Positions 48,726 through 49,508 of a stretch of 49,508 nt of DNA are shown here, one piece after another. Position numbers and translations under genes: made by a program. The stretch's first letter is position 1. Each line of letters opens with the position of its first letter. This stretch comes from Catajapyx aquilonaris. Taxonomy: Eukaryota. Location: the NCBI GenBank assembly GCA_000934665.2, contig JYFJ02000732.1, positions 62,001 to 111,508 of the forward strand, given 5' to 3'. The notes below the pieces were generated by a model, which searched no databases, was not told where the DNA came from, and was given only the letters and a program-made list of their open reading frames with translations.

Positions 48726-48880
48726 GGCGGCCATCTTCCTCTTCTTTTCTCTTTCTTTTTTATGCAAATGAGGGTGCGTTCCTGTCGCCACACCAGTGGG
48801 TGGAAGGACGGGCTTATGCGCTATTAATGCAGATCGCTGCTACTGCTAAAGCACTGCGACTTTCTCCAATAACGCTATTT
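48726..48880 (-). promoter_or_regulatory. Family core promoter copy with octamer (gene 11)
   Basis: GCGGCCATCTT, ATGCAAAT at 48762-48769, GGGTGCGTTCC, TCGCTGCTAC, AACGCTATT. Confidence 0.7.
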
Positions 48881-49402
48881 ATTACCGTAGAATGTAGATC
48901 AATGTTACAAAACATTAATTTTAATGTTTGTGTCACGGCTTTCTGATGTGGCATTTTCTGTGCACTTTTCAATGACGGGCTTTAACGTTAAAAACCCTTA
49001 CACATTAGCCTAATTAAATTGACTTTTTAAATATCGTAGCTCATTGGACTGAGGTTAAACAATATCATCACTTTAAAAAAAATATATATTTAACAATAAC
49101 AGCTTCAAATGTTGTACACCAAAGTGCTGCAGTTTCTGAAAATGTCCACAATAAGCCATGAACATTTTAAAATTCTGTGGTGCAATTTTTGTAATTAATT
49201 TTAACACACTCTTTGGGATTGTGTGGCCCTTCAGCTTCATTACTGAAATTAATGCCCTGCTAAGTAACAGAAAAATGTAGTGGCAGACAATTTTACCAGA
49301 CCTCACAGAAATTCACTGTCCAATAAGGTGTAATCATATTTATTTCAGTCATTAACTGTCAAATCATCTTCAACGTTGGTGTCCTCCTCACTCGGAGCGG
49401 GT

Positions 49403-49508
49403 CATTTCACCGACACCCACCTGGCCGACAGGCCATTTCACCGACAGACATTTCACCGACATACCCATTCCACCGACAAGCCATTTCACCGACAAGGAGT
49501 TCCCCGAC
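49403..49508. repeat. CATTTCACCGAC short repeat array, cut by the window edge
   Basis: About six variant copies with short variable gaps. Probably the end of a non-autonomous element. Confidence 0.7.

Noticed and set aside
49403..49508. Short repeats with variable gaps resembling a mini-CRISPR
   Set aside because: A 12-bp core with mostly very short gaps fits a TE-associated minisatellite.

Overview
Eukaryotic DNA, most likely from an arthropod (intronless divergent ionotropic receptor, TTAGG-like repeats, tRNA-derived SINEs, short GT-AG introns). The window is a minus-strand tandem cluster of about 11 gene units built on one repeated cassette. The cassette is a shared core promoter (sense strand TAGCGG repeats - GGAACGC[A/G]CC - AAGATGGC), a short apparently non-coding exon 1, and one acidic exon (psi-K-x-E motifs, T-x-[DE]E-x-W, DPL, phase-0 donor). 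That exon is joined to different downstream modules: C2H2 zinc-finger arrays (7 genes), THAP+BED+catalytically altered Ginger/KRBA2-type integrase, a truncated Six1/2-type SIX domain plus homeodomain, a Myb/SANT-like domain plus coiled coil, a SAMD3-like protein, and possibly a Tigger/pogo transposase. Also present: a full-length Tigger element, non-autonomous TIR elements, MITEs, two SINEs, a 47-bp promoter minisatellite and one ionotropic receptor gene. Exon models were read by eye from splice signals and frame phase. No transcript data or database searches were available, so family names rest on recalled motifs.
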